Of a DNA stretch of 64,000 nt, positions 20,687 through 31,259 are shown piece after piece. The notes beneath the pieces are model-generated. The model was not told where the DNA came from, made no database searches, and worked only from the letters and a program-made list of their open reading frames with translations. Every line of letters begins with the position of its first letter. Position 1 is the first letter of the stretch. This stretch comes from Candidatus Hydrogenedentota bacterium (GTDB taxonomy: Bacteria; Hydrogenedentota; Hydrogenedentia; Hydrogenedentales; SLHB01): positions 64,001-128,000 of the forward strand of contig CAVUWV010000017.1 of assembly GCA_963745075.1 (NCBI GenBank). The letters are read 5' to 3'. The position numbers were made by a program, and so were the translations under genes.

Positions 20687-22804
20687 TCACGGCGTCCACT
20701 CGGGCAACGATGTAACCCAGTCCTCGTACGTCTGCCGGATGGCGTCGGCACTCTCGAACGGAACGTAGCGCATCCGCGCCCGGTACCCGTAGGTTTTACC
20801 CGGCTGCGGATCGCGTATCACGAATTGCCAGTCCCATGCCGGCGAATGCGGGTCGAATTCGCCAGCGGCGTTCTTAATGAAATTCCAAAGCGCGAGCCGC
20901 ATCGGCTCTTTCCGGTCGAACATCATCACGTAGGCCATCGTGTCGTCGCGCGTTTCCGCGTTGCCGTCGCCGTCCACCAACCCGTAGTAAAACGGCAACA
21001 GAAACTTCTTGCGCGGATTCTCAATGAGGTTCAGGGTCTGCGCCCCTTCTTCGTATGGCAGATCCGGCACGCCCTGATACGACAAGGTCCCGGTCTCGAA
21101 ACCGTCGTCCGTATCCTCGCCGAAGGCAAACCATCCTTCCCGGTCTCCGTCCATTCCGTAAAGGTGATACTGCCTTTCCCGGGTGTGGTTCATGTAGCTC
21201 GCCCACATGAACGCCGCGAACCCCAGCGGAAACCGATCCCGCGTCGGCGTTGCCCGGAATTCAATATCCACCGCGTCGCCGTGGAACGAGAACGTCATGT
21301 CGCTTTCGATGCCCCAGGTGTTACCTTCCGCGGGGTAGTGGATGGTCGCCGTTGCCGGCCCCTGTGAGGTGACCGTGTGGGGATCCGCGTTGGGTGTGAA
21401 CATGGCGAGGTCGTGGTCCGCCTCCGTTCCGTTGAAGATATGTTCGAAATACAGCCCTGTCGCGTCGTCCCGGAACAGGTTCTGATCGGGATACGCGCTG
21501 TGGCGAAGCGGGTTGAAGCCATTTCCCGAGCGCCGGGTGTTGGCCGTTGCGTCGAGTACGCGTCCCCGGAAGTTCCCGCCCGCGAGATCGACTTTATGAC
21601 CGCCCTCCGCGTACAGCCGGATACGATGATTCGCCAGTTGGATCGCGCGCAGGAACGGTTTCCGGTCGTTGTCCGGCGTAACGTTGATGCTATCGTCTTG
21701 CCGGGGGTAGTCGTAGACCCACAGCGCAGATAAGGGGACCTCGTTTAGTTCCAGGTCGGTAATCAGTTGGAGTACTTCCCGCCGCGCCTTGTCCGGTCCG
21801 CCATGCTCCGCGTCGTCAGGCGCGCCGAATTCTCCCACGAAGAGCGCTTTGTGTGCCGATTTGCATGCTTCCATGCTGAGAGACAGCAGTTCATCGTACG
21901 AGGTATACGGCTGGCCGAACCGCTCCCCGTGGACGTGGGGATATACATGGATGGATACGAGATCCAGCGGATCCGGATTCTCATAGAGAAGCGATTGCTT
22001 GAACTCCTCTTTCGAGTCGTGCGTCCACGACAGGTCTTGACGCTGATGCAATGCCGACGGCCGCGGCAGGCTGTTCCCCGATGTGATCGGTCGATGCGGG
22101 TCCAGTTCGCGCACGGTCTTGGCGAACTCCTGCAGTGCGGTGATCAGCATCGGTCCCGTCAAATCGTCCGCTTCGCTGCGCTCGGTAGGCGTTCCCATCT
22201 TGGGAACGACCCACGGCCGATGATCCGCCGCATTGGGCAAATCGATCGCGAGGTCGTATTCATTGCCGAATTCCCACGCCCAAATCGTCGGGGAATCGAG
22301 GTACCGCTGAACGACCTCCCGCGTGTACGCCCGCATGAAGGCGATGGTCTTGCTGTCCGGATTCCCCCACTGGTTGCGTGGTTCGCCTACCAGATCCGGC
22401 ACGACCCCATTCCACCAGAAGAGGCTCGGAATCAGTCCCACGCCCGCCTCATCCGCCGCGTCGACCACGGCGTCGAGACGCGCGAAATAAGCCTCACGGT
22501 CTTCCTGATACAACTTCCAGTCCGACGGCCAGAACCCGCAGGCCATGAACCGGGCGAAGGGAATGTCGCGCTCAGCCAGTGCCTGGAAACCCTCGCGGAA
22601 GCTGGTGTCATTGGGATCGGCCAGGGTCCGGCTGAATGCGCTGAAATAATTGACCCCGACCCCACGATAGCGGGCGCCATCCTTCAAGAGTGCGCCATCC
22701 GCGCTGATAGTGAGCGTTGCGGGGTTGGCATCGTCCGCCGCGGCTGTACCTGACGCGACCAACAGCACGGCAACCGTCCACCCAATCCAATGCGACATTT
22801 CCAT
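20687..22804 (-). CDS. Exported clan GH-A (GH5-like) glycoside hydrolase with an extra C-terminal domain
   Basis: Signal peptide; AWEFGNE acid/base, SIHVY and FVGEFG nucleophile motifs; about 300 aa aromatic-rich C-terminal domain. Confidence 0.8.
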   Translation of the reverse strand: MEMSHWIGWTVAVLLVASGTAAADDANPATLTISADGALLKDGARYRGVGVNYFSAFSRTLADPNDTSFREGFQALAERDIPFARFMACGFWPSDWKLYQEDREAYFARLDAVVDAADEAGVGLIPSLFWWNGVVPDLVGEPRNQWGNPDSKTIAFMRAYTREVVQRYLDSPTIWAWEFGNEYDLAIDLPNAADHRPWVVPKMGTPTERSEADDLTGPMLITALQEFAKTVRELDPHRPITSGNSLPRPSALHQRQDLSWTHDSKEEFKQSLLYENPDPLDLVSIHVYPHVHGERFGQPYTSYDELLSLSMEACKSAHKALFVGEFGAPDDAEHGGPDKARREVLQLITDLELNEVPLSALWVYDYPRQDDSINVTPDNDRKPFLRAIQLANHRIRLYAEGGHKVDLAGGNFRGRVLDATANTRRSGNGFNPLRHSAYPDQNLFRDDATGLYFEHIFNGTEADHDLAMFTPNADPHTVTSQGPATATIHYPAEGNTWGIESDMTFSFHGDAVDIEFRATPTRDRFPLGFAAFMWASYMNHTRERQYHLYGMDGDREGWFAFGEDTDDGFETGTLSYQGVPDLPYEEGAQTLNLIENPRKKFLLPFYYGLVDGDGNAETRDDTMAYVMMFDRKEPMRLALWNFIKNAAGEFDPHSPAWDWQFVIRDPQPGKTYGYRARMRYVPFESADAIRQTYEDWVTSLPEWTP

Positions 22805-22954
22805 TCTCTCCCCTGATACGCAGCCTGCGACTTCTCGATAGTCCCGAATCCTACCGGTTTCCGTTGGGTTCCCGCCAATCGGGTCTCATTGATGAGGTTT
22901 GAGGGCTGTGATACGATTAATGGTCTCAGGAAACTATGCGTGGAGGCTAGGCGG

Positions 22955-23680
22955 ATGCGTTCCGTACTTGTACTGTGTATTGTAGTTGGGACGGCGTACG
23001 TCCCGGCCAGAGCACAAGGTGTTGTGGGCGACCTGATCGCGGGAAAACTCGTCGACCCTCAAGTAGGCCAATGGGCTTGGTACGATCTCGTCGCGGGCCG
23101 CGAGAAGAAAAAATTCGTCGTCCGCCAGGCCATCGTCGGCGAGGAGAAAGTGGGCCGCAAGACGGGTTACTGGGTGGAAGTCGAGGTGGTTCCGGAGGTC
23201 GGCTACCGCGTCGTTTACAAGATGCTGCTGACGGGGCCCGCGAGCGACCCCGAGAATATTGCCCGTGCGATCGAGAAATCGGGTCCCGACCCCGCGGTCG
23301 AGGTCGACTTGGAGAAAGCCCGCGGCCAGAATGCTCCCGACGCGCCAAAAGTAAAACGAGAGACGGTTGGCAGCGAGGATGTGGAAACGCTGAACGGCAC
23401 GATCCGCGCGGAACACTATGAAGTAACCCAGGGCGATCAAACGATGCAGCTCTGGACGAGTGACAAGATTAAGCCGACCGGCGTCGTGAAGCTTCAATCA
23501 CTGGATGGCGTGATGGTGCTCCGCAATCACGGGGAAGGGGGCGAGTACGCCCACAGCATCATTGTGGAGACGCCGCTCTCTGCGGAGGAGGCGGCCAAGA
23601 TTCAGACCCCGGAATCCGGAGCCACTCCGCCAATCGAAACCCATACCAGCGTCGGAAACGACTCGGCCACGGAGAAATAA
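22955..23680 (+). CDS. Exported hypothetical protein
   Basis: GGAGG RBS, signal peptide ending ARA, and VGQWAWY. Confidence 0.7.
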   Translation: MRSVLVLCIVVGTAYVPARAQGVVGDLIAGKLVDPQVGQWAWYDLVAGREKKKFVVRQAIVGEEKVGRKTGYWVEVEVVPEVGYRVVYKMLLTGPASDPENIARAIEKSGPDPAVEVDLEKARGQNAPDAPKVKRETVGSEDVETLNGTIRAEHYEVTQGDQTMQLWTSDKIKPTGVVKLQSLDGVMVLRNHGEGGEYAHSIIVETPLSAEEAAKIQTPESGATPPIETHTSVGNDSATEK

Positions 23681-23692
23681 CCCGGTGGGAGA

Positions 23693-24427
23693 ATGATTAT
23701 GAAAGTGCAGATCGGTGTGCTCGCGGTATGCCTGTGCGTCATGTTGACCGCGTGTCAGACTCCCCGGAAGCCGGAACCTCCCCCGCCGCAGCAAGCCTAC
23801 GTGCGTTTTGAACCGGCTTGGGCCGTGTCGCCCGTTCATCGCGGCGACGGCCGCTACGGCGACCTTTTCAGCGGTGAGTCGCGCGGCGTCTGGGTCACGC
23901 CGGAAGTCTCGGATATGAAGAAGGAGGCGGCTACCGCGCCAAGTCCCGCACCACCCCATATCGACGAGGACGCCCAGGCGCTTTCCGATGCCTACATCGT
24001 GATCGAGTGCCACTTGGTATCGGAATTCAGCGACATGAGCATAGCCTATGACGCGGTACGGCTGCGGGGCATCGAAATGTATTTGGAAGCGCCCGACGGC
24101 ACCCACTTGAAGCCGATTCAGACGAGGAGTTTCGGGACCGTCGAGGAATCCCCGATCGATGCGCTGAAGCGGTTCTCCTTGACCACCGTGGTTATCTTTC
24201 CCCGAGACAATCTGTTGGTGGGAATGCCGGCGCTGAGTGCCCAGGCCAAGAGTGTGCGACTGGTCTTCGAGGGGTACGACAGCACGTACTATTTCGAGTG
24301 GGCTGCCATGCCCACGGACCAGCCGGGGATCCGGCCGCCTACGCCCGAGGAGTCCATCTACATTACCAAGCTGGGCTACTACGAATTGTACGGCGGAATC
24401 CGGCGCCTGGCGCATATCTTTGACTGA
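23693..24427 (+). CDS. Hypothetical lipoprotein
   Basis: Lipobox LTA-C followed by a Pro-rich linker; operonic spacing. Confidence 0.7.
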   Translation: MIMKVQIGVLAVCLCVMLTACQTPRKPEPPPPQQAYVRFEPAWAVSPVHRGDGRYGDLFSGESRGVWVTPEVSDMKKEAATAPSPAPPHIDEDAQALSDAYIVIECHLVSEFSDMSIAYDAVRLRGIEMYLEAPDGTHLKPIQTRSFGTVEESPIDALKRFSLTTVVIFPRDNLLVGMPALSAQAKSVRLVFEGYDSTYYFEWAAMPTDQPGIRPPTPEESIYITKLGYYELYGGIRRLAHIFD

Positions 24428-24466
24428 CGTGCGAGCGGGTTCGCTCAACTCCCCGGAGACCGATTC

Positions 24467-25228
24467 GTGCGATTCCTGCTGAAGACAGCGGTCACCGGGA
24501 CCGGGTTGGTCCTGATTTTCATCGGTGTCGCGGCACTGTTTCTCATGACGCAGCTCGACGGAGCAGTCCAGTCCGCCATCGAGCGCAGCCTGTCGTACAT
24601 TTACCAGACGCAGGTGCACGTAGATAAGGTTACATTTGTGATATCCCAGGGCGCCATGGACCTCGAGGGCCTGACCATTTCCAATCCGGAACCGTTCAAA
24701 GAAGGGCCGGCGGTGGAGATCAGCCATGTCCATTTGGAATTCAAACCGTCGACGCTTTTCACCCGGACGCCCGTCATCGAAATGGTCACCCTCCACAACG
24801 CGCGCGTGCACTTGCGCCTCGAAACGGGGCACGGCACGAATCTCGGGCGGCTGGACGCCAACGCGTCCCGCCTGTCCGGAGAGCCGGACGTCGCCGCGCC
24901 GCCGACCGCGCGCCGGAAGTTCGTGATTCGCGAATTCCGTAGCGACGCCGCGCGCGTCGAGTTTTCATCGAATATCTTGCCGGTTTCATCCGTCGGAATG
25001 GATGTCAAGCCGTTTACCATGAACGAGTTGAGCAGCACGAAACCGGTATCCACCATTGATGTCTGCGTTTTGTTCATGCGAAACGTTCTCAAGGAAGGCC
25101 TCTCCATCAAAGGAGTCCTCGGACCGGTTGCCGATCGCCTGCGCGCGGAGTTTGGGCGAGGCACTACCGGCGCCGCCGATTCTACGGATGCCGAAGAAGA
25201 GGGGCAGCCGCGTGCCCCGGCCCAATGA
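24467..25228 (+). CDS. AsmA-like membrane-anchored protein
   Basis: N-terminal TM helix, then LEGLTISNPEPF...PVIEMVTL...TNL, typical of short AsmA/DUF748-like proteins. Confidence 0.6.
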   Translation: MRFLLKTAVTGTGLVLIFIGVAALFLMTQLDGAVQSAIERSLSYIYQTQVHVDKVTFVISQGAMDLEGLTISNPEPFKEGPAVEISHVHLEFKPSTLFTRTPVIEMVTLHNARVHLRLETGHGTNLGRLDANASRLSGEPDVAAPPTARRKFVIREFRSDAARVEFSSNILPVSSVGMDVKPFTMNELSSTKPVSTIDVCVLFMRNVLKEGLSIKGVLGPVADRLRAEFGRGTTGAADSTDAEEEGQPRAPAQ

Positions 25229-25265
25229 CCGGATCGTGTTCCCATAACTGTCTGGAGGATAAGCG

Positions 25266-25586
25266 ATGGCTGTAAGACAATATAGAAAGATGGTAATTGC
25301 CGCATTTATGACCGGCGCTCTCGTGGGTGCAACCCTGGTGGGCGTATCCGTGCGGCCGGTCGCCCATGCCGACACCTCGACCCTGCCCGGAATCTTTCAA
25401 GTGGGCGCCCAATTGAAAAGCCCTCTCGGTCCCGTGGAAATCCTTGAGATCCAAGGCGAATGGATTTGCGTGAAAAGTCTTCACGCTTTGGCCTCCACCA
25501 ATTCAGAACACGAGTGGATGTACGTGCCGTCTATCGCGGGCACCTGGATTCCGAAGGATGGCTCGGAGAGCGCTATTGCGCGCTAG
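25266..25586 (+). CDS. Small exported hypothetical protein
   Basis: GGAGG RBS; signal peptide ending AHA. Confidence 0.65.
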   Translation: MAVRQYRKMVIAAFMTGALVGATLVGVSVRPVAHADTSTLPGIFQVGAQLKSPLGPVEILEIQGEWICVKSLHALASTNSEHEWMYVPSIAGTWIPKDGSESAIAR

Positions 25587-25619
25587 TGCGCGCACGGGAC
25601 TTGACGCCGTGAGGAGACC

Positions 25620-26411
25620 ATGACGCCGCAACTTCTTCTTATTCGAATTGCACCGATCCTGTTACTGGCAGTTTCATCCGTACATGCTCAGGCGCTTTCC
25701 AACACCGACGAACGGCTCAAGGCCGATTCCCTGGTCATGAAGCGGATCGAATTGGTGCAGATTCCGACATTGACAACCGCCTTCGAGGCTAGTCTCGTGA
25801 CCGCCCAACTTGCGGGCGGCAAACGAATCGTGACCCTGCGGCGCAAGAGCGACGCGGAGTTTGCCGCATTGGACTGGTTCGGTCTCCGGGACAGCGATGT
25901 GATTGAACGCGTGAACGGCGTCGTTCCACGCGACCGGAATTCGGTGCTCGAACCGCTGCGCGCGCTCAACGCGGGCGATGAATTCACCTTGGCGGTCTTG
26001 CGCGATGGAAAGCGCAGCGTACACGTGTTGCAGGCCCACGGCGCCGATCCGGCGCAGGAACAAACTGAATCCGAACGGGACGACGACGTGCAGGTCCTCA
26101 GCGAGGACGACCTGGAAGCGGAGTTCAATAAACAGGATCCCTGGAACCTGCTGACCACCGCCGCGCCGACCATGGCGTACAGCGCCGACGGCAAGGTAAT
26201 TGGCGTGACCTCGTCTTCGATCGGCAACATGCCGCTGGCCCGAATGCTGGGAATCCAAAACGGTGATATCATTCAATCGGTCAACGGCTATCCCATCAAC
26301 AGCGAATTGGCGATCTTTAATCTCGTCAACCGGCTGAACGGACAACGCACGTTCGTGGCAAATATCTTGCGCAATGGCAAACCCGTTACGTTAAGATACC
26401 GCGTCAAATAA
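25620..26411 (+). CDS. Exported tandem PDZ-domain protein (GspC C-terminal-like)
   Basis: Two PDZ-like repeats (GLRDSDVIERVNG; GIQNGDIIQSVNG...ILRNGK). Confidence 0.75.
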   Translation: MTPQLLLIRIAPILLLAVSSVHAQALSNTDERLKADSLVMKRIELVQIPTLTTAFEASLVTAQLAGGKRIVTLRRKSDAEFAALDWFGLRDSDVIERVNGVVPRDRNSVLEPLRALNAGDEFTLAVLRDGKRSVHVLQAHGADPAQEQTESERDDDVQVLSEDDLEAEFNKQDPWNLLTTAAPTMAYSADGKVIGVTSSSIGNMPLARMLGIQNGDIIQSVNGYPINSELAIFNLVNRLNGQRTFVANILRNGKPVTLRYRVK

Positions 26412-26501
26412 CACGCACGGCGCGGTCCGGGGCAGCGGGGGAATAGCACGAAACCCGAGTCGGAATCCCGCGGTTAGACCGCGTTCTTTTGAGGAGGAAG
26501 T

Positions 26502-27786
26502 ATGGATTTCACGCGATCCAAGGAGTTATTCAAACAGGCCAACCAAGTCATGGTCGGCGGAGTAAACAGTCCCGTTCGGGCGTTCAAAGGGGTCGGCGGC
26601 GATCCCTTCTTTGTGGCGTCCGGAGCGGGCGCGCGGATTATGGACGTTGACGGAAACGAATACGTCGACTACGTGCTTTCCTGGGGCCCGTTGGTTTTGG
26701 GCCACGCGCATCCGCGGGTAGTCGAGGCGGTCTCGGATGCCATGAAACGCGGATCGAGTTTTGGGATCCCGACCGAAGCTGAAGTGCGGCTGGCCGAGCG
26801 CATCATTGAACTCGTGCCGTCCATCGAGAAGGTCCGTCTGGTGAACAGCGGGACCGAAGCCTCGATGAGTGCCATCCGGCTGGCCCGGGGATACACGAAA
26901 CGCGACCTCGTGGTCAAAGTGGAGGGCTGCTATCACGGTCACGTGGACGGACTGCTCGTCAAAGCGGGCAGCGGCCTGACCACGCTCGGCGTGCCGACGA
27001 GCCCGGGAATCCCCGAGGCCTATGCCTCGTGCACGCTGACTATTCCCTTCAACGACATCGAAGCGGCGAGAGCCGTCTTCGAGAAGCGCGGCGACTCCAT
27101 TGCCTGCATCGTCGTCGAACCGGTGGCCGGCAATATGGGCGTGATTCCTCCCGAGCCGAACTACCTGAACGGACTGCGGAAACTCGCGGATAAGTACGGA
27201 TCCCTACTTATCTTCGATGAAGTAATGACCGGTTTCCGGGTCGCCTTGGGCGGCGCACAGTCGCACTACAACGTGCTCCCGGATTTGACGATTCTAGGCA
27301 AGGTGATTGGCGGCGGACTGCCCGTCGGGGCCTATGGTGGACCCCACGCGATCATGGACCACGTGTCGCCCACCGGCCCGGTCTATCAGGCCGGTACCTT
27401 GTCCGGGAACCCCCTTGCGACCGCCGCCGGGCTTGCGACGCTGGAGGTCTTGTCGGAACCCGGAACCGTACCTAAGATTCGAAGATTCCCTGGCCAAACT
27501 GGGCCAAGGTCTCGGTGCATTGGCAACGGAAGCGGGCGTTCCCGTGTATCAGACGCGGGTTGGCTCCATGGCTTGTACCTTCTTCCAGGATGGTCCGGTC
27601 ACCAATTACGCCGAGGCGACCGCCTCCGATACGGAACGCTATGCAAAGTTTTTCTGGGGAATGCTCGAACGAGGGGTGTACTTGGCGCCGTCCCAATTCG
27701 AAGCCGCCTTCATGAGTTCAGCCCATACGGATCGGGATTTGGACCAGACCCTCACCGCAGCCAAAGAGACCTTTGCGACCTTGTAG
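26502..27786 (+). CDS. hemL: Glutamate-1-semialdehyde 2,1-aminomutase (one +1 frameshift near 27466)
   Basis: [30 protein letters not shown] and [10 protein letters not shown]. The C-terminus ([13 protein letters not shown]) continues in the shifted frame to 27786. Confidence 0.95.
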
Positions 27787-27837
27787 AGATCTGTGTGCGC
27801 AGCGGCCCGGGTCCGTGAAGGTCCGTGTAAATCCCTC

Positions 27838-27880
27838 AAAAGAAACCGGGAGGACGCGTCAATCAATCGCGTCCTCCCGG
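27838..27880 (-). terminator. Intrinsic terminator between convergent hemL and the CsgG-like gene
   Basis: 13-bp perfect stem CCGGGAGGACGCG/CGCGTCCTCCCGG, followed by TTTCTTTT on the minus strand. Confidence 0.8.
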
Positions 27881-27908
27881 CTAATTCAACCGATATCTTC
27901 GGGCCCCG

Positions 27909-28940
27909 CTACTTCTCCAGTCGCAGGTTGTCGCCCCGTTTCGGCGTCTGGCCGTCGACCAGTGAACAAACCGACAATTTGTCCTGGACGGAATCCACTT
28001 TGACCGAACCGATCTTTTCCAATTTCACGTCCAACGGGAGCCCCGTGTCGGGGTCCGTGATGATTTTGCCGGTCTTGTACAGGCCGAGCACCATCCCTTC
28101 CGTCACGCCGCGGTTGTTGCCCGCGTTGATATAAATGCTACTACCATCCACCTCAGCCACGCGCGCCGAGAACGGCACGTTCGACATGACCGAAATAATA
28201 TGGTCAACGCACTTATTGATGCACTCTTCCGCGGTTTCACCGAGCGGCGTGTTTTTGAACTTGTCACCGCCGGCACTGCCGATGTTGGTATACACGTCCA
28301 TACCCATGGACTTGTGCGTGCCCGTGGCTTCGGCTTTGTGGGTCGAAAGCACCTGGGAAGTGGTCAGGTCGATAATGCGAAGTTGCATCGCCACTTTCGA
28401 CGTCACTTTGCTCCCCCCAAGGCCGATACCGCCGCCGATGCCGCCGATCGGGATATTCACGTGGCCGCTCTTGCCTTCTTCCCCCGGCTCAAACTGGGTG
28501 ACCGTCCCTTGAATCATGATGCTGGCGCCCACAATCTGACCGATCTTCAATGCCGTTTCGGAATTGATGCGGCCCGCGGCGCCGAGATCCTGTTCCTTCA
28601 GGATCGAATCCAACTGCTGGCGTTCGACCACGATAAAGCGGCCGGAATTCATCAGCGCATCTTGCAGCAACGCGGCCATCACCGGGCCTTCGTCCCAACC
28701 CAGTTTGCCGGCTCCTTCAAACGCGCCGACCGCCACAACCTGTTTCGGTCCCTTGTACGACGATGGCGCCGGCTCACTCGACGCAGATTCCGCCGACGAA
28801 CTGGACTCATCGTTACCACCGCCCTTGAGCTTCTTCAGCAATCCCGCTTCGGCCGGCACGCATTGGAACAGCACCAGTGTGGCGCAAAGCGTCAGCGCAG
28901 CAAACCAGGAGATCCCCCCACGAGTATTTGACATGATCAT
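27909..28940 (-). CDS. CsgG/HfaB-family protein with FlgT-like C-terminal domain
   Basis: SGRFIVVERQQLDSILKEQDL...KIGQIVGA...GTVTQFE; C-terminal IYINAG...ITDPDTG. GAGGAGG RBS. Confidence 0.82.
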   Translation of the reverse strand: MIMSNTRGGISWFAALTLCATLVLFQCVPAEAGLLKKLKGGGNDESSSSAESASSEPAPSSYKGPKQVVAVGAFEGAGKLGWDEGPVMAALLQDALMNSGRFIVVERQQLDSILKEQDLGAAGRINSETALKIGQIVGASIMIQGTVTQFEPGEEGKSGHVNIPIGGIGGGIGLGGSKVTSKVAMQLRIIDLTTSQVLSTHKAEATGTHKSMGMDVYTNIGSAGGDKFKNTPLGETAEECINKCVDHIISVMSNVPFSARVAEVDGSSIYINAGNNRGVTEGMVLGLYKTGKIITDPDTGLPLDVKLEKIGSVKVDSVQDKLSVCSLVDGQTPKRGDNLRLEK

Positions 28941-29162
28941 CCCACAACCTCCTCGAGTTCCTTGTGAACACCGTAAACCCATGCCCAACAGCGTTGTGCA
29001 CATATACCCCTGCGTAGTTCGGCCGAATCAATCGCACTGCGACCGATTGCCCGATACAGCAGAACGGATTCTACGCGACGGCCTGTGTCGTTCGCAACCA
29101 CGTTGACCGGCATCGCATCACCCTATGCGGTAAGCGACGTTGTGCAGGATGTCCCGGGAAGA

Positions 29163-31259
29163 TTACTTGGATGCTTTGGCGGGCAAGGGCCCCTTGATCC
29201 GGCGCTTCTTCCCCTTTGGGTCCGTGACCTGCCCTTCCACCGCCGTAGCGCGTCGTTGTTTGAACCACACCACAAACCCGAGAAGGACAACGACGGCTTC
29301 AATCGCGTAGAAGGTCATCAGGGACTGCATTACGCCGCTTGTGAAGCCATAGCTGTGCAGGCCGACGCCCAGCAAATTGACGCCCCACCACGAGAACGCC
29401 ACGATGATGCCCCCGAATACGCAGGCGATCGCCATACCGAGATCGCGAATGTAGCCCCCCATGCGGCCGTGAAGAATGGCCAGTTCCCAGAGGACGATCA
29501 TGAGCGCACCGTTTTCCTTGGGGTCCCATCCCCAAAACCGGCCCCAGCTTTCGTTGGCCCAAATACCCCCTAATACGGTGCCGACAACGGAGAATACAAG
29601 GCCGAAACAAAGCACGCCATAGGTCATGCGGCTTACCGACTTGTAAAAGCTCTTGTTGGTGCGTTGAATCCCCAGAATCTTGCCGAGAATGTAGATATGT
29701 GCGATGGCCCCCGCGAAAAGGCCGGCCGCATATCCCATCGTGACGGTCGTCACGTGCGTCGCGAGCCAGAAGTTGGTGTCAAGCACCGCGACCAGGCTGG
29801 GCATCGTGTCGACTCCTTCTTTCGCCTCGTAGCGGTAGGCGAGAAACATCCCCATCATTCCGAGGAGCGCACCCACGGAGAACGCAATCTTCTGGCGATT
29901 CATAAACTCGGTTATGCACGCCACCACCACAATCACCGCCGTGATGAAAAGAATAGTCTCATAGAGCGTGCTTACCGGGGGGCGTCCGCGAATGATGCAG
30001 CGGTAGGTTATGGCTGTTATCAAGAGCGCGCCGGGCGGAATCAGAAACAGCGGATAGACCTTGCCCAGAAACTTGTTGTACGGAATCATCCACGACACGG
30101 TCGCAACCACGAACGCCAGGACAAAAAGTATCAGGCTCCAGTAGAGGAAATCCGCCTTGTAATAGGTGACTTCCAACGGCACCTTGTCATATTCGCCGCG
30201 TGCTTTGGCCAGGCCGACAACGGCATCGTCGAACTTCCTCAGTTGGGCTTTGAACGCTTGGGGATCGTCCCGCAGGCGGGCCACGTCCTCGAATGAACGC
30301 AACAGGGCCAACTCGTTGTCCATGGGCGCACTCGCCGAGAACGCGAGATCCGCCATCTCACCCGCAGCCAACCATTGTTGCTGATCGTGCATGTCTTCCG
30401 TTGGAGGAAACAGCGCTAACCCCTCCGCTCGGGTCGACATGATGTCGACTTCATGCAGCAACTGGCGCAAGTCACCCAGGTTCTTCTCGCGCGTGGCCGG
30501 TGGAAGGTCGGCCAGGCCCGGGGGAAGAACCTCCTTTAGCCGGTCCACTTCCGAAGGTTCGAGGCGTTGGGTGACCGCATCCATTCCCTGATCGAGGGCG
30601 AGCGTGAGCAATCGCAAGGTAACCGCCCGGCCCAGAATCGCACTGTATCGGTTCTCAGGAAGCACGGCCGCCAGGGCCGAACCTTCCGGAATCGTGTATG
30701 CGTGCCGCGCGAAGTCCGCATAATGGCTGATCTGCTGGAATTGGAATACATTCGATGCGAGATTGACGATTTGCCGTTGGGTCGAACTCAGAGTTTTCGG
30801 ATCGTACTTGTTTTCGTCGGAATATTCGCGTCCGAGTTCGTAGAGTTTGCTGACGCCCGGCGCCAGTTCCGCCATGGAGTACCGGTCGCGTTTCTTCTTG
30901 TCGTCATGCAGTACGCCGATCGCGTCGAGCACTTCCGAATTCTGGACAAGGAAGATCGTGTAGTGCTCCCCGGCCTCGGGATAGAACATCGTGTCCAGAA
31001 GCCATTCCATCGGCGTGATGCGATTGCCGTCTAAATCGTCGGTCGAGCGCTTGCCGTTGAGTTTCAACAACGCGAACCCGGCATAGGTGCTCAGGGGCTT
31101 GATGCGGCCGCCATCCTGGATCGGGAGTTTCGAAAACGCGTCGAGCGTCTCCTGGTCCCAATCCATGGGCTTGACGATCATGTCGGCACTTTGCGCCAGT
31201 GCAACGCCGCTTCCGATGACCGCCAGTGCGACCAGCATGATTCCCGTTGGAACCCTCAT
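29163..31259 (-). CDS. ccsA: Cytochrome c biogenesis System II heme lyase (CcsA/ResC) with large N-terminal soluble domain
   Basis: LPIQDGGRIKP, NFWLATHV, WWD domain GGIWANESWGRFWGWDPKE, and GLHSY. Confidence 0.92.
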   Translation of the reverse strand: MRVPTGIMLVALAVIGSGVALAQSADMIVKPMDWDQETLDAFSKLPIQDGGRIKPLSTYAGFALLKLNGKRSTDDLDGNRITPMEWLLDTMFYPEAGEHYTIFLVQNSEVLDAIGVLHDDKKKRDRYSMAELAPGVSKLYELGREYSDENKYDPKTLSSTQRQIVNLASNVFQFQQISHYADFARHAYTIPEGSALAAVLPENRYSAILGRAVTLRLLTLALDQGMDAVTQRLEPSEVDRLKEVLPPGLADLPPATREKNLGDLRQLLHEVDIMSTRAEGLALFPPTEDMHDQQQWLAAGEMADLAFSASAPMDNELALLRSFEDVARLRDDPQAFKAQLRKFDDAVVGLAKARGEYDKVPLEVTYYKADFLYWSLILFVLAFVVATVSWMIPYNKFLGKVYPLFLIPPGALLITAITYRCIIRGRPPVSTLYETILFITAVIVVVACITEFMNRQKIAFSVGALLGMMGMFLAYRYEAKEGVDTMPSLVAVLDTNFWLATHVTTVTMGYAAGLFAGAIAHIYILGKILGIQRTNKSFYKSVSRMTYGVLCFGLVFSVVGTVLGGIWANESWGRFWGWDPKENGALMIVLWELAILHGRMGGYIRDLGMAIACVFGGIIVAFSWWGVNLLGVGLHSYGFTSGVMQSLMTFYAIEAVVVLLGFVVWFKQRRATAVEGQVTDPKGKKRRIKGPLPAKASK

